A stretch of 61,663 nucleotides of DNA, filler included, from Welwitschia mirabilis (lineage: Eukaryota): the NCBI GenBank assembly GCA_051453625.1. It is 7 parts of one record of this genome, joined end to end, with 100 filler letters (N's around TTAATTAATTAA, not from the genome) between each part and the next. Parts side by side here need not be neighbours in the genome. Positions count along the whole stretch, not along the records: positions 1 to 19,921 come from JBOZIK010000001.1; positions 20,022 to 40,501 come from JBOZIK010000001.1; 5 more parts are not named here. One strand, given 5' to 3'. Made by a program: the position numbers and the translations under genes. Of the stretch, positions 12,994 through 26,100 are shown in pieces (within the stretch, counting starts at the first letter, position 1; the number at the start of each line of letters is the position of its first letter). Under the pieces are notes generated by a model. That model was not told the DNA's origin and did not search any database. It saw only the letters and a program-made list of their open reading frames with translations.

Positions 12994-14674
12994 AGAGCAT
13001 GCTTCTTTAATGCAAGTTAAGATCTGGAGCAAGGAAACTCCCTCTTGCCTTACCCCTTTTTATAGTCATGGATACTTTGCAAGAAGATTTAGATATGGCC
13101 AGAATGGGAGTGGTTAAGTAGTCGACTAAGGTTAAATGTGGCCATCATATTAAAGACAATGATGTTCACCAAGGCTGCTAGTTTGGACGCCAATAGCATC
13201 ACAAAAAGAATTAGATTGGTTTTCCAACTTCAAAATCTGAAATTTTAACAAGTCAAAGATTAACTTTCTTAATACCTTAAAGCAACCTAGATAAGATCAG
13301 AATAACTTTAAATGTTCAACAAAATAAATGACATGGCTATTACATGGTATCCTATTTGCTTTTCTTGCGTAGGGATGGTCTGTCACCCTGCATCACCTCA
13401 TTAATGGCAGGTAAGAATTGATTTCTATTTGTTAGGTCGAGTNNNNNNNNNNATACTTCCTCTATAATGAAAAAGGAATCTTCCATGTTTGAACATAACA
13501 CAAGATTTTAACCCCTAGCCAAACGAGAGTTCATGGCTCACCAATGAAGTTTGTACTTTGTGATGGTGGAATTGCCAAAGAAAAGAACTTGTTCTATAGC
13601 TTCACATTGTCATAAAGCTTGCAAAGTTTACATTGGTGCATGCTTGCTTAAAAGAAAATTCTTCTAAATTTTGACAAGGTTTTGAATGTTGTTCGTCTAG
13701 TCATCTTACTGCAATTTCGGTAGAAGTGGGAGGGAAATGTGCCTAGAAATCAGCCTAAGGTAAGTAAATCCCTCCATGTTGAATGGTGAAGTGAGAAAAA
13801 GGATGCAAAAATAGCTGTTGATTTCTCATTTTATACAAGCCAATGTAACTTTAAACATGCAAGGCATCATTTCAACAACGATGTGCTCTTCAGAAAAACT
13901 CAAAATTATACCAACAAAGAAATCTAGGGAAGGACTATTAAAGCCAGCAAGCTCTTCTAGCTTACTCTTCCCCTCTAGGCTAAGTAATTTACAACTAGTG
14001 ATTCTGTGCTATTATTGAGAGAGACACGAATAGATTACGGTATCAACACTAAGTCCCGGGAAGACAATCAATCTTCAAAGCCACATCAAAAATCTGAGTG
14101 GAATATGTCTTGAACAAGCGTACGTGAATATAAACTCTAAATGCTTTCCGGTATCTCAAACCTCAAATTTTTTTTTATTATTATTATTTTGGGCCGCTTC
14201 TGTAAGATCATCAAAGGAAACCATCTTAGGCAAGCCCCAGCTCCTCCCGGTTAGAGGTTAGGTTGTAGACACAATTATTAAGATACCACTACACATCCGT
14301 TAGTGGTCCTGTGGCGTCCTGCTCGAGACTTCAATCAACCTTATGCAGCGAAGCTCAGTGATCTGGCAAAAGAGTCTCTCCACAGCTATAACCATTTCTC
14401 CTAAAAATTATATTGGCACAACATTCTTGAAACAAACAGAACCAGGGCGTCGTTTAACCAACCTAAGAAAACGGATCACACAGTCAAAAGTTTCTAAGAA
14501 CTTAACATCCGAGCGAATAGATCGATCAAACAAAACATTGAGTGAATAGATCAGTAAAACGAAACATTGAGTTATATACGATCGAAAGGTTCAGCAAGAC
14601 ATCTTAGAGGCCTAAACAGGCTAACAGAAACAATAAGCATAGAGAGCATGTAAAATGTAAGAAAGAGAGGAGAC

Positions 14675-14869
14675 CGTATTCTTGATAGAATCTGTTGCGA
14701 CGATGCTAGAATTATCTGCGTTGGTGTAAGAAGGAAGAACATCAGAGTAAAGCAAAATGTTAAGGCTCCATTCGACGACTGTTTCGCTCTTGGGGCTTCT
14801 CCAAACCCTGGCAACTCTTACTCTTGATTTACCGTGCCTTTGTTCCAGCCTGAATCCATCCTTCTCCAT
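14675..14869 (-). CDS. UOX: Urate oxidase (uricase / nodulin-35-like), coding exon 1; later exons not found in the window
   Basis: MEKDGFRLEQRHGKSRVRVARVWR...VEWSLNILLYSDVLPSYTNADNSSIVATDSIKNT matches plant uricase N-terminus with catalytic Lys (HGK) and Thr (ATD); similarity stops at a GT donor (14674-14673); good ATG context GCAATGG. Confidence 0.95.
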
Positions 14870-16849
14870 TGCTTTGCTTTTCCCTCTGTTTTTCGTGTCT
14901 GCGATGCTTCAGTGGCTTCTGCTACTTTGATCTTTTCGTTTTCTGTTATGCCTGGCAGAGGGAATTACCAGCATGAGGTTCAGTTAGTGGAGGGTCCGTG
15001 TGGGCGATGTCACCCAGAATTTCGAAGACTCGTTTTATATTTATTCTTGCCCTGCTTCAAACTTGCTCTTCGTATTTCCACTGCTAAAGATGCTCTCGTG
15101 ATTCTTTTTGGACAAGTAAGCACCGTACCCACACGTAAAGTGCATTTGGTCAATCTTTTTGTTGCTACTTCATACATTTGACTTTTAAATCTTTTTATTG
15201 CCACATTATTTTTTATTTTTTATTTAGCAAAGGCTTTGTAAAGTGAAAATTCAATTAGTGTAGAAAGCTTTTTATTTTTTGAATTCGTAAATGTAATTTA
15301 AATGGTGGGACGTTTATTTGTCATTATTAAGCAGATTATAGGTTTAGACCTTTGGATGACTTAATTAGTATATTATAAGGCCTTAGACGTATTTAAAATC
15401 CTTTTGCGAGGGGATTGTGGTGGCTATACTCCTAAGAGGAGGCATAGTAACTAGAAATTTAAGTTCAACATCCCCTTTTCTGTTAGAATTGCTCATCTTA
15501 TATAGATTTTTATCCATTCTTACAAATTATACATTTACAAAAACAAATGTGATTAAAAAGTTTAGGAAGTATTGAAAATAAAATATAAAATGTTCAAAAT
15601 ATGTTAAGAGTAACTAGATGAGAGAGTAAGGTTTCTAAGTTAATACTTTTCTTATGACATAACATTTTTGTCTATCATATTTTAAAATAATTATTAGTTT
15701 ATGGGAGGCTATTAAAAATGATAAGCTAATAATTATTTGTTATTTAATAATTATGGCTATTATATTTTGTAAAAATAATTAAGAAAGAATAACAAGGGTA
15801 ATGTTAATTTCATGTAAGATTACAAGTCTAATTTATTAAGGAAATGTAACTATTAAAACTCATAACTTTTCACATTACATTTATATCTAAGATGAATGTG
15901 ATGGATAAAAGGAAGTGTAAATCATGATTCAGTGATCCATCCAAACATTCATCTAGTAAGGGATTAATCCTTGTAGCCTTACTTCTTGAATGAAGACTTT
16001 TATTATTATTTAGTCATAATTTTATTATTACCTACATTTATCTATTTACATTTTCCTTGATGATTTCTTCCACTATGTCTTATTAATTTTCTAAATTTTG
16101 CTTACTAATAAAATTTCAACAAAGAAAATTTTAGAATGAAAAATAACTATACATGATAGATTATAGATTTTATCAATGTTTCATTAAGAAATTACAACAA
16201 GTTAATAATGAACAAGAAATTGTAAATAACAAGAGGACATGTAATAAATTACCAATTGGTTATTTGGTTATGACTAATATTTTTGAGTAAAATGGATAGA
16301 TTCAAAATGAAAGCATTTGAATATTGATCCACCAAAGATTATTAGGAACACTTCCACTAATGCATATTATGTGGGATTTCTTAAAAGTATAGTAATTTCT
16401 AATTCTTTAAATGTTTTGTTAATTTTCATTTCATCTTGAAGATGCATCAAATATATGTGAAACAATTGAGAAAAGAGGTCAATAAAATCCAAGAGAAGAA
16501 TTAGGTATTGTACTCTTCTAATAGTAACAAAGAATAATAATACATTGAAAAGGGTTGCACGGAACTATTAAAAAATCGGATATAGTCAAATTGTTTGAAA
16601 ATTAAGCAAATACAATAGATCATATAAATTAAGTTGTACTAATAGTAGCAAACTATTGGATAGTGAATATAAAAGTAGCACAAAATCTAACTCCTAAGAT
16701 AAATCTATTTTACAAGTTAAATAAGAGATATTCTAGTATAGTTAGAAGGAAGAGAAGATTTAGTAAGAATTGATCAATCTTAAAACAATTTATAAGTCTT
16801 TAAAAGGGACATCTAGATTATAGTTGTGAGATATCCTATGTATTCCTCA

Positions 16850-19100
16850 ACTAAAATAGGATCTATTAGTATCATGGTGACTACAATAGATCGAAAAGTA
16901 AGCGTTATCAAGGATAACAAGGCATATCTTATAACTGAATTAGAAGTCAAATTGTTGTACCTGATAAGAAGGTTTTTTTCCTTTCTTTTTCTTTTTTATC
17001 CTTTTAATGCTTTTGGAAAAGGAATATAAATCATAACATTATTTGATCATAAATATAAACTCATTTCTTAGTTACAAATAGATATAATTGACTAAAGCAC
17101 TTGAATGAAGCTCTTCAAGAATCTCAATTTAGTCATATGTTATTAAAAAGGATGCAAAATCTTAAAGGATATTTTAAGGTTTTAAAGCTAAGAACTCAAA
17201 ACACAAAACATGAATTTTTAGCTATTATACTAGATACTCATTTAAGAAGAGAAATCCTAAAATCATGAAATAACTAAATTTAGTATTATTTAATGTACAT
17301 AGATAATATCGATAGAAACATTAAAAGTTAATAAGTATATTATCACTTTCAGTAAAAATTATATTAAGAAATTAGGAATATAATAATTCTGATACATGTT
17401 ACAAGTCTTTTAGCCTTTTTAACATTAGAAGAATTTCATTAAAAAGGGAATATAATATAGTATTAAAATTTTGTACACTAATAATTAAGATGAGTATGTC
17501 TTAAATAAGTTTGAAAAGAATTTAGAATAGGATATGTTTCTAGATGGAACTTTTAAGAATGGCATAAGAAAATTGTATTACAAAGAAAATCAATCACATA
17601 CTTGCTAATATAATAAAAATTAATTTTGATATCCATGAAGTTTGTTTTTCAGAAGATACAATCTCTTAAGAATTGAATTTATTTTACTAAATAGATAAGA
17701 ATATTGAATTCTTTGGAACTTTTGATTTGTAATTTTATGAATTTATTTTACTACATAATCATAACAAGTCATAATTACATCTTTAGTTAAATTAATTATT
17801 TTGATATGGAACAAATACTAATGGATACAAAGTATTTTGAAAGTAGGAAAAAATAATTCTTTATCAAGATGTCTACATAGAGTATGATGAAGAAATATCA
17901 TATTAAATAATCAAGTAGAGCCTAGCTTATAACATGGTTGGTTTAACCTATGATTATACATCAAAAGCTTAAATTTCTTAGGTTTGAATCCAATGGATGT
18001 GGGATGGCTCATGGCTCATATTCACATATTTAAGGCATACATGAGTGTGGGCTTCAACTTAGGTATGAATCATTGGTAAGACATAGACATTTGGTGCCTA
18101 GCTTTAAATGGGTAAGAACCGCCCATTGGTTTTTACTAATCAAAGCAGACTAGTGACCTTGATATGTGTGAATATTAAGTAAATATCCATGATTTAAAAA
18201 AAGAAAAAATGAATATTAAGTGAATATCCATGATTTAAGTCACAAGAGTAATACATTAGATGATTGTTATGTACAAATCTAAGTCTTTCGAGGGTTACTC
18301 TCTGAATGTGATAACACATGTACAAATATAAAACTAATACATATGTGTGATTATATTAACTAGTTAAACATATGCAACTATCTAAGATAACATAGTCAAG
18401 ATAAGTAATGTAAGAAATAACATACTCTTTTACTTCTAAGAAGGAGGCTTCAAATTTGCCAAAGAAGGAGCCTTCAAATTTACCAAATGATGAAGCTCAT
18501 AATAATGATTTTGTAATAAAAAGAAAATTTCTTGAACTCACTTTTATATGTCAAGATGATCATGATGCATGTTAACTTTTAAAGGATTTCATATTGGATG
18601 AAGGTATAAAATTAGATAATTATAAAATTAGTGTAACTCATCAAGTAGAAAAGGATGAAAAAATTGAACTATAGGACTTTACCTTACTTGGATCATGAAG
18701 TATGTAACATGAAAACATGTCATAAGAACACAGTAACAATTTTAACATAGAATAATACACAGAAGCTAATAAACTTGCTACTTGGGAGAAAAGTGATAAG
18801 AAAAGAATAGTTATTTTTGATTCAATATGCTAGAATACTTAATAAGGCCAAATGGGTATCTAAAGAATTTATATTGAAGTAAGGAATTGTGTGCATAACA
18901 ATATTTTTACTAACATTGAAATGAAAAGTTAATTATACCTTGACTACATTATAATACTAAAAGACTAAAAATGCATCATCTTGGTGTATGTAAGCTTTAA
19001 TGATGATCTTGAAGATAAGATGTTCATGACTCAACATAAAGGTTTTAAATTAAGGGGACAAAAGAAAAAGATGTGTAGATTAACAAAGTCTTAGCATGAT
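16850..19100 (+). mobile_element. Very old, AT-drifted Ty1/copia remnant (GAG-pre-integrase, integrase, RT traces)
   Basis: 18970-19100 reads like MHHL...DDLEDKMFMTQHKGFKLRG...CRLTKS (copia RT); YGYKVF...SR trace ~17820-17880; SHM..KRMQNL trace ~17130. Confidence 0.55.
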
Positions 19101-19921
19101 CAAATGTAGTAAACAAAGAAAAAACACAATTTTTAAAATCAGGAGATCATGCTTTAGGCCTTAACAAATGTATACTTAACCTAATAATTTAACCTAGGGA
19201 AAGAAAATTAAGTGTAAATATTTTAAATTAAAGCATAAAAAAATCTCCTAAGTTAAATTGCATATATGGTGAAAGCACACAAGTATCAAACTAATAGAAA
19301 CTCGAGATAAATTCATATCAAGATATTAATGTTCTCTTATTAAACTGTTACGTTACATGATAAAACAACTATTTCTCTTAAGTGACATACAAGTAACTAA
19401 AACACATGACTTGTAATTATCATGAAGAACATATGTAAAAGCACAATTCCTTGAGATGTGACAAGTAAAAAAAACAATAAAATAGTAAGAAGTATTTTTT
19501 TATAAATATTCACTCTGATTCTAAAGATCATTTATAACTTAAAGGCATAAGTAAAAGAGTTTAAAAAGTCAAATCTACTAAAGTCATTTTTTAATAAAAA
19601 TAATTTTTATTGAAAATTTCATTACTTAAATTATATAATATAGACATAAATGAGTAATTAAAACATCTCATTACATTCTAAACAAAATATAAAACAATTT
19701 AGAATTAAAATATAGTACTTGAAAAATAAGATTCTTCATATCGACATAGCAAGGTATATGACTTATGTAAGATTTCACTAAATTTTGACACATTTGACTT
19801 AAAAGATAACTTTTGAATTATCATAAAATGAGTTATAAAAGCAATCAAACATTAAATTAGGTTCAAAATAAACAAGCAATTGATTTTAAAAAACTAGCAT
19901 AGGAAATTTAGAAAAATGAAT

Positions 19922-20021
19922 NNNNNNNNNNNNNNNNNNNNNNNNNNNNNNNNNNNNNNNNNNNNTTAATTAATTAANNNNNNNNNNNNNNNNNNNNNNN
20001 NNNNNNNNNNNNNNNNNNNNN
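19922..20021. other. Artificial contig-join linker (44N-TTAATTAATTAA-44N); same at 40502-40601, 46860-46959, 52209-52308, 56064-56163, 58711-58810
   Basis: Identical 100-bp structure six times; TTAATTAATTAA has stops in all six frames. Confidence 0.97.
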
Positions 20022-21385
20022 TGTTTAGGAAGGAAAGTGAAATCATGATAAAAATGTACTAAACGAAATGACAAGAATGGAGGAAAAAAAAGAGAAGACA
20101 AACAAAACATATCATTTATTTGACACAGATTGATAACCATATAAAATTACAGTATGTCATAGTCAATACTAAATGCACTAAAATCAGCTTAACATTAAAT
20201 ATGCAACATGTTATAAGAAGTCTAATTGAATCAAAAAAATCATTATTAAAATGTATAAATCAAGTAAATAAAAGCATAGAAAGTTAAGATAAAAGATCCC
20301 TTATTAGTTTTAGATGAAATCACAGTCCTTTCAATTAGTCTTCAATCTAAATACTTATAAGATCCGATACCTTCTCTTCCTTCTACACCATCCATTCATG
20401 CGCACTTCACCACCTTTGCAATGCCATTCAAATGGATGAAAATGGGAGAAAAGGTGATTGAAAATGCAATATAAAAGGAGGTAGGTGTTTGTGATGAAAT
20501 CTAGTTATGCTTACATCGATCATTAATGTATGGTAATATGGAAGATTACCCTAAGAATACAAATCTTTCGTTGCTAAATGCAACTTTTACCAAATAAAAA
20601 CTATGACTTCCATCATAGTACAGTCCTAATATCATTCTTTTCTCAAGGGTAAATGTGATAGAAAAATCAGTAAAGTAATGTAATACTATTCTAATGAAAA
20701 GATTCAGATAATATTTCAAGTCAAACATGTGAAACAAAAAGAGAAGTTCAATAAATGAGAGCTTGGAAATGGACCATAGCACATAAGTCCCAATAGAAAT
20801 GTTTCACTAATATAAGAGACCTCTTTGCAATGATATACTGCAAAGTTCCATAATAATCATTAATAATGCTAAGGTCAATAAATCTCTAATCATGATGATA
20901 ATATTTCATTCATCACATGAGTGTTAGTGAGATCTTGTAAAGCCCAAATTTCTATAAACCAAAATTTCAAGTTGATCTAATGCCAAAAATGAAATACCAT
21001 ATTTCTAACATTTAAAACTTGAATCACAATGAAATACTCACAGTCTAAGATGTAAGGCCCATCATGCTTTTCTCATATTTAACATTTTATTAACCTAACC
21101 AATATATATATATATATAAACTAAGGTTTTAAAAAATATGAATAAATTCCTAGATTGTTAGAGATCCACACAAGCCAAGATTTGAATACTTTTAAAATCT
21201 AGCATGAAATTGACTAAATGACCCTCATATTAAAATGTAGGCTTATGTACTTCTATGAGAAGATATGTTACTAACCAATCATATTTTGATTATTTAAGCA
21301 TAATAAATTCTTAAATAAGAGTCACAGGACATTCCAACTCAAATTTTTTTAATTAAACGTATAAAAATTAAACTTTTATTTTCAC

Positions 21386-21447
21386 TTAGACTTGAACTCA
21401 TAACCTTCCTATTTCTAGGTAAAAGTCATAACCACTGCACCAACCTA
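21386..21447 (-). mobile_element. tRNA-derived SINE head or tRNA pseudogene (Pol III A and B boxes)
   Basis: Minus strand TGGTGCAGTGG ... ~32 nt ... GAGTTCAAGTCT. Confidence 0.5.
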
Positions 21448-22479
21448 CTAGATCTACAAGTCATTGAAATGTTTGCTCAGGTAAAAGTGAGTAACTAGGA
21501 AGCTATACGAGTAGTTAGGCATTACATGTTGTGACTAAGATGATGTATCTATTGCCCAAACCTTGAAACGTAAAAGTATAAGCACCTTGTCCTTGCTAGT
21601 CAGCAGGAAGCATGCCACCCTTTTTCCACCATGTCCTTCTCAGAACACACTCTTACTCATTAATACCTCATTGGATAAGCATCTTAGAGGTTCGTATCAG
21701 TACATTCTGGACTTTGAACATCCCATAGGTTAATTAACTTAGAATGTTATTAACAAAGGGCCTGACTAACATTTAATAAGATTAATGGAACGTTGTCCCT
21801 ACAGCTATCCAAAGTTTTGCTATTCTATGATGAACCTCAGTGTGTCTTTCATGCCATGCAAAGTTTGTTATTTTGTCCGCAAGAATCCTTGTCATCTGGA
21901 AGTTCATTGGCACAAGCAGAGTCTAAACAATCATGAACCTAGAATAGTAGTTATAAGCCACTAAGGCATGGCAAGAAGCATTCAGTGGAAGAATATAGCT
22001 CATTTTAGTAGTGGTTAGTTCTTGACTATTCCTTATTCTTTTCATAATAGAAATCTATTTGGAACTATTCTGATATTGATGATAGTTTGCTGCTTATCAA
22101 TTGGGGAAAGTGTCAAGTGCTATTGTTGTTTGGTATTATAGTCTCATACCCACTTCATTGTGTTTATTAGTATGTTGTTACATATTTTTACATTTTTATG
22201 ATCTTTGGCATTAAAACCTAAGTAGATGGTAGTTGAAGAGTCGAGAATGTCTCAACTAATAAACAAAGATGAAACCTAAGGAAATCTAAGAAATGAAGTA
22301 GTGCTTGCTCCCCGTGTCTTAATGCTGAGAAAGATAAAAGAATAAAGACATGCCTTCACAAGAAACCAATGATTTGTATAGGTCAGCAAATGCTAGGAGA
22401 TTCAAAAATAGACACAGAATTTAAAAAGTCAAGAGAATGTTTGCCTTTGTTCTTATGGTCGTTGCTATTTCTAATAACC

Positions 22480-22760
22480 TTATAATCGATAACTTTTTTA
22501 ATCTTTATTATGTTCCAGTGGTAAGGCTTGACGTGAACCAGTAAAACAATAGCATAAACATGAGAAAGAAGAACCTAAAATAAACGTTTTGTGATTGGCG
22601 CTCAATCCTTCTTAATCGTTTCATGGATAATTTTCTCCCCTATAACGCTTCCAGGGGTCTTCATGATGTCTCTTTCTAATGCATTTTCTCCTACTAGATT
22701 TCCCTTCATAAGCGTATGAGTAAGCCATCATAGGATTTTCAAAAAGATCATTGCCCTAAG
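22480..22760 (-). mobile_element. Possible LINE RT remnant
   Basis: Weak traces resembling PDG-F/Y..W..VG and KII...RLK...Q.AF..G. Confidence 0.3.
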
Positions 22761-25399
22761 CTCATGGCATCTAATTCAACTAAAGACATTCTTCCTTTAA
22801 CGTTGATGGTGCTTTTGTGCTCTCGGCATTGTCTTCCTTAATTTTATGTTTATTTTACTTCTTTTGGATTTGAATCTTCTCTGAAGACCCTCTTATTGAT
22901 CTTCTTTATGCTCTTATTCTCACGCTTTTTTCACCCTTATTATAAACTATTTCTTTTATTAAACATTTGCGTTGGCTGGTGTAATATTAACAGGGGAGAG
23001 GAGTGAACAGTAAGGTTACAATTTCAAATCTGTACTCTCCACGTGCACCACTCTTTTTAATACATTATCAAGGTTATTTAATCCAATGCTGTGCTTACCC
23101 TTCATGGGTCACTTCTTGTCCTATACGATTGGCCACTAAGAAAACTTGTATAAGAATGCAGCGATGTGGCCCCCTTTTTTTATTATGGTGCTAGTGATAT
23201 TAAACGATATCTCTTACTATATTTTTAAAGCTATCCTTGGCACTCCATGTAATTATACCTTATTAAGAGGAAACGAAGGGAGAGAGTGAATGTGATTACT
23301 TTGACAAATTTACAAGGCTTTTGGCTGAAATTCTAGAGTTGGCGATCACTTCAACAATGTTGTAGCCTTCAAATAATTTTTGGAGGATAAATTTAACTAC
23401 TATTTAGTAAAAAGACTCAATTATAGACATGTATAATTTATACTCTCTTTGTTTATCTGAAAAGTGAATAAAGTCTACATTTTAAAATATAAACTTCAAG
23501 ATTTACCACTCTATAATTAGACTATAAATTTTCAAGAAATTTTTGTAAGAGATGCTAAAAATAAATAGTAAAACTTCATATTTATTTAAAATATTATTTC
23601 AAGAAAGATGTACATGATCTGACATTCAATGTATTTTCAAGATAATTACAATATTAAGGAATTCAACATTCTCAATAAGTATACAAGTCTTGCTTCAAAA
23701 CAATTTCGCAACATGAACTAGAAAAGGTAATCTCTTCTTCTCTTGCCTTTCTCAGTGATTAAGCTCCAGTTTCATCACCCATTTTACATAAGAAATATGG
23801 AGTGACAACTGTGAAAATTTTATAGCTCCGAGTATAGTCTAGGCAAGGCAAGATTAAGATACCAAGTCTCAAGGTTTGATAAGGTAAGAATCAAGATTTT
23901 CCAAGAAATGACAAACATATCAAGAATTTCAAAGGACAATCTAATGAAAATGATATGAAAAATATCCAATTTTTTAATAAATTTTTCATCGTAATATTTT
24001 TTTTTAATTTCCTCCATTGCCTCATTCAGTAATCTATGGATTCCACTGCTTTTCTTGATGATATGTGGATTTCTCATAATATAGTCTCTTAACTCTATTT
24101 CGTCATATCCTAATCATAAGCATGACAAGTAGGAAATGCATCCTAAGAATCATCAAATGAAACCACCTATGATATTAGAATATAAACAAGAAGACTCATT
24201 ATATTGTATTAGTAAATTAACAAAATGTAGACTTAACATTAAGCATTAAAAGTATGAAATAAATCATGACTTGAAATAAAGAAATAAATTTCAATATGTA
24301 TTATAGAACAATGGTTTACATGCAAGAAGGAAAAACTCAAGCTGAAGCATGAAACATCATGCTAGCCTTAAGGCTAGCCCATTCCCAAAAGGAAAAACTT
24401 AGAAAGACATTATAGAAGGATTTTTTCTCAAAAAATGAATGCTCTTCAATGGCAAAAGATGAATACAAACTAAGGTGCTTAGGTCCTTTTATAAAGAAGG
24501 CTAGGGTTGGTTGGGGTTTTGGGCTTATAGTATTTGTTGGGATGGTTGAAGTTTTTATCTTATAGTAGTTGTCATTTTCTAGTGGAATAATTAAATGTTA
24601 TAACTAACTTGGCCTAAAACCATAAATAATCTGGATCATAATGATGAGTCCAACACTTGGCTTTCAGAGCAGGATTCCTCCACCAACTAGCCTTGTTGCT
24701 ATAACTCACTACCACCATTGTTATTTTGCATAGAATTGGGTCCATCTTATTAAAGAGAAATATATTATAACATTAAGGTAACAAAAGTATTTCCAAAATA
24801 TTGATTTCTATATTCTAAAGTTTTGTTTTAGAAATTATTATGGAAAGTGAACTACCCATCTAATTCTTGTCATGAATTAACTCCCAGTTTAGTTCTGTGC
24901 CATGCTAAAAATGATTATTTCACAATCATATTTAGAAAATGTTGATTTTCACAACCAAGTATAGTTTATAATTTCATGATTTACTTTTAATAATCTAATT
25001 AAATGTCAATTTGAAAATATTGAAACTATAAACTCTTTATTAAAATTTTAAACATCATAATCATAATACGTTATTTTAGATATTAAATATCCTAAATATT
25101 ATTTCAAATTCATGTGAAGCAAATGAGCCTTGGTTTTTGTAAAAGAAATCCCATAACTAGTCAATGCCGAGTAGAAGGAATACTTAGTGTGATGAAAAAA
25201 TTAGACAGTTCGAAAATATCCTATTATTGACTAATTACCAATTATCTAAGCATCTAGTAGTGTAGAGTTTTATATTTGCATTCTAAACGCTGCAACTTAT
25301 CTTTCCTAGAGAATTATTTTCTAATGATGTAATTTATATGTAGCAAATCATCTAAGCTATAGATTTTGATTAAGACTTAATGTAGTAGCCAGAAATATG

Positions 25400-26100
25400 G
25401 CATGGGCATTTGCCTTTTGAAATTATAAAGTTTCTCCCAATGAATAGACCTCTATCTTGAAATGCATGAAGAGCATTAGAATTCAACAATCATATCACTA
25501 GATTTAGTATTTTATTCACCATCCATAGCCTCATATTATGTTGTTCAAGAGGCATTTGAGTAACCACTAAACTCCAGTGTAACTTCAAGTTCAATGAGGT
25601 GGCATTAAGACATCAATGTAAAAAATGCATCATAGCTTCAAATAATCTATAGATGATATTGCATCTAGATGTGTAAAGGTAAAATAGCCATGTTAAAATA
25701 TCCAACATTTTTATGGTAATAGGGAATGAATTGGTATAGTATATATTGATTCATGTAGTGCTTTTGTGAGAAACCGAAGCACCCACTTCTAGTTACAGCA
25801 AGCAGTAAAGGCACGTGTTTATTTAAAAACCCAAATTAAATGACTACTATATTTATGACTAAGATGACCAACTGAGAGCATCCTCAGATTGGAAAAGAGC
25901 ACATTGCTATGTCTTTGGAATAGCCTTAACTTTGGATTGACTCATATTCTAAATGGAAACTAAGAAATTAGATGAGTATCAATCATTACAACAATGCCAC
26001 TAGAGATCTCAAAGTCTTCCAAATTGACTACCATGAAAAAAAATCACAAATTTTGATGATGAAGATATGTTGCTTTGCTGAAATAGAAAGATCCACTTTG
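25400..26100 (+). mobile_element. Possible hAT transposase remnant
   Basis: Traces resembling WID..W.L.K (~25930-25965) and MKICCFAEI ~ HxRCxAHI (~26059-26085); heavily decayed. Confidence 0.3.

Noticed and set aside
14284..14308. 7-bp hairpin ACCACTA/TAGTGGT in the uricase intron (snoRNA?)
   Set aside because: No convincing C/D or H/ACA box arrangement
19966..19977. Recurrent palindrome TTAATTAATTAA (six times)
   Set aside because: Always centred in 44N+44N; an assembly linker, not biology
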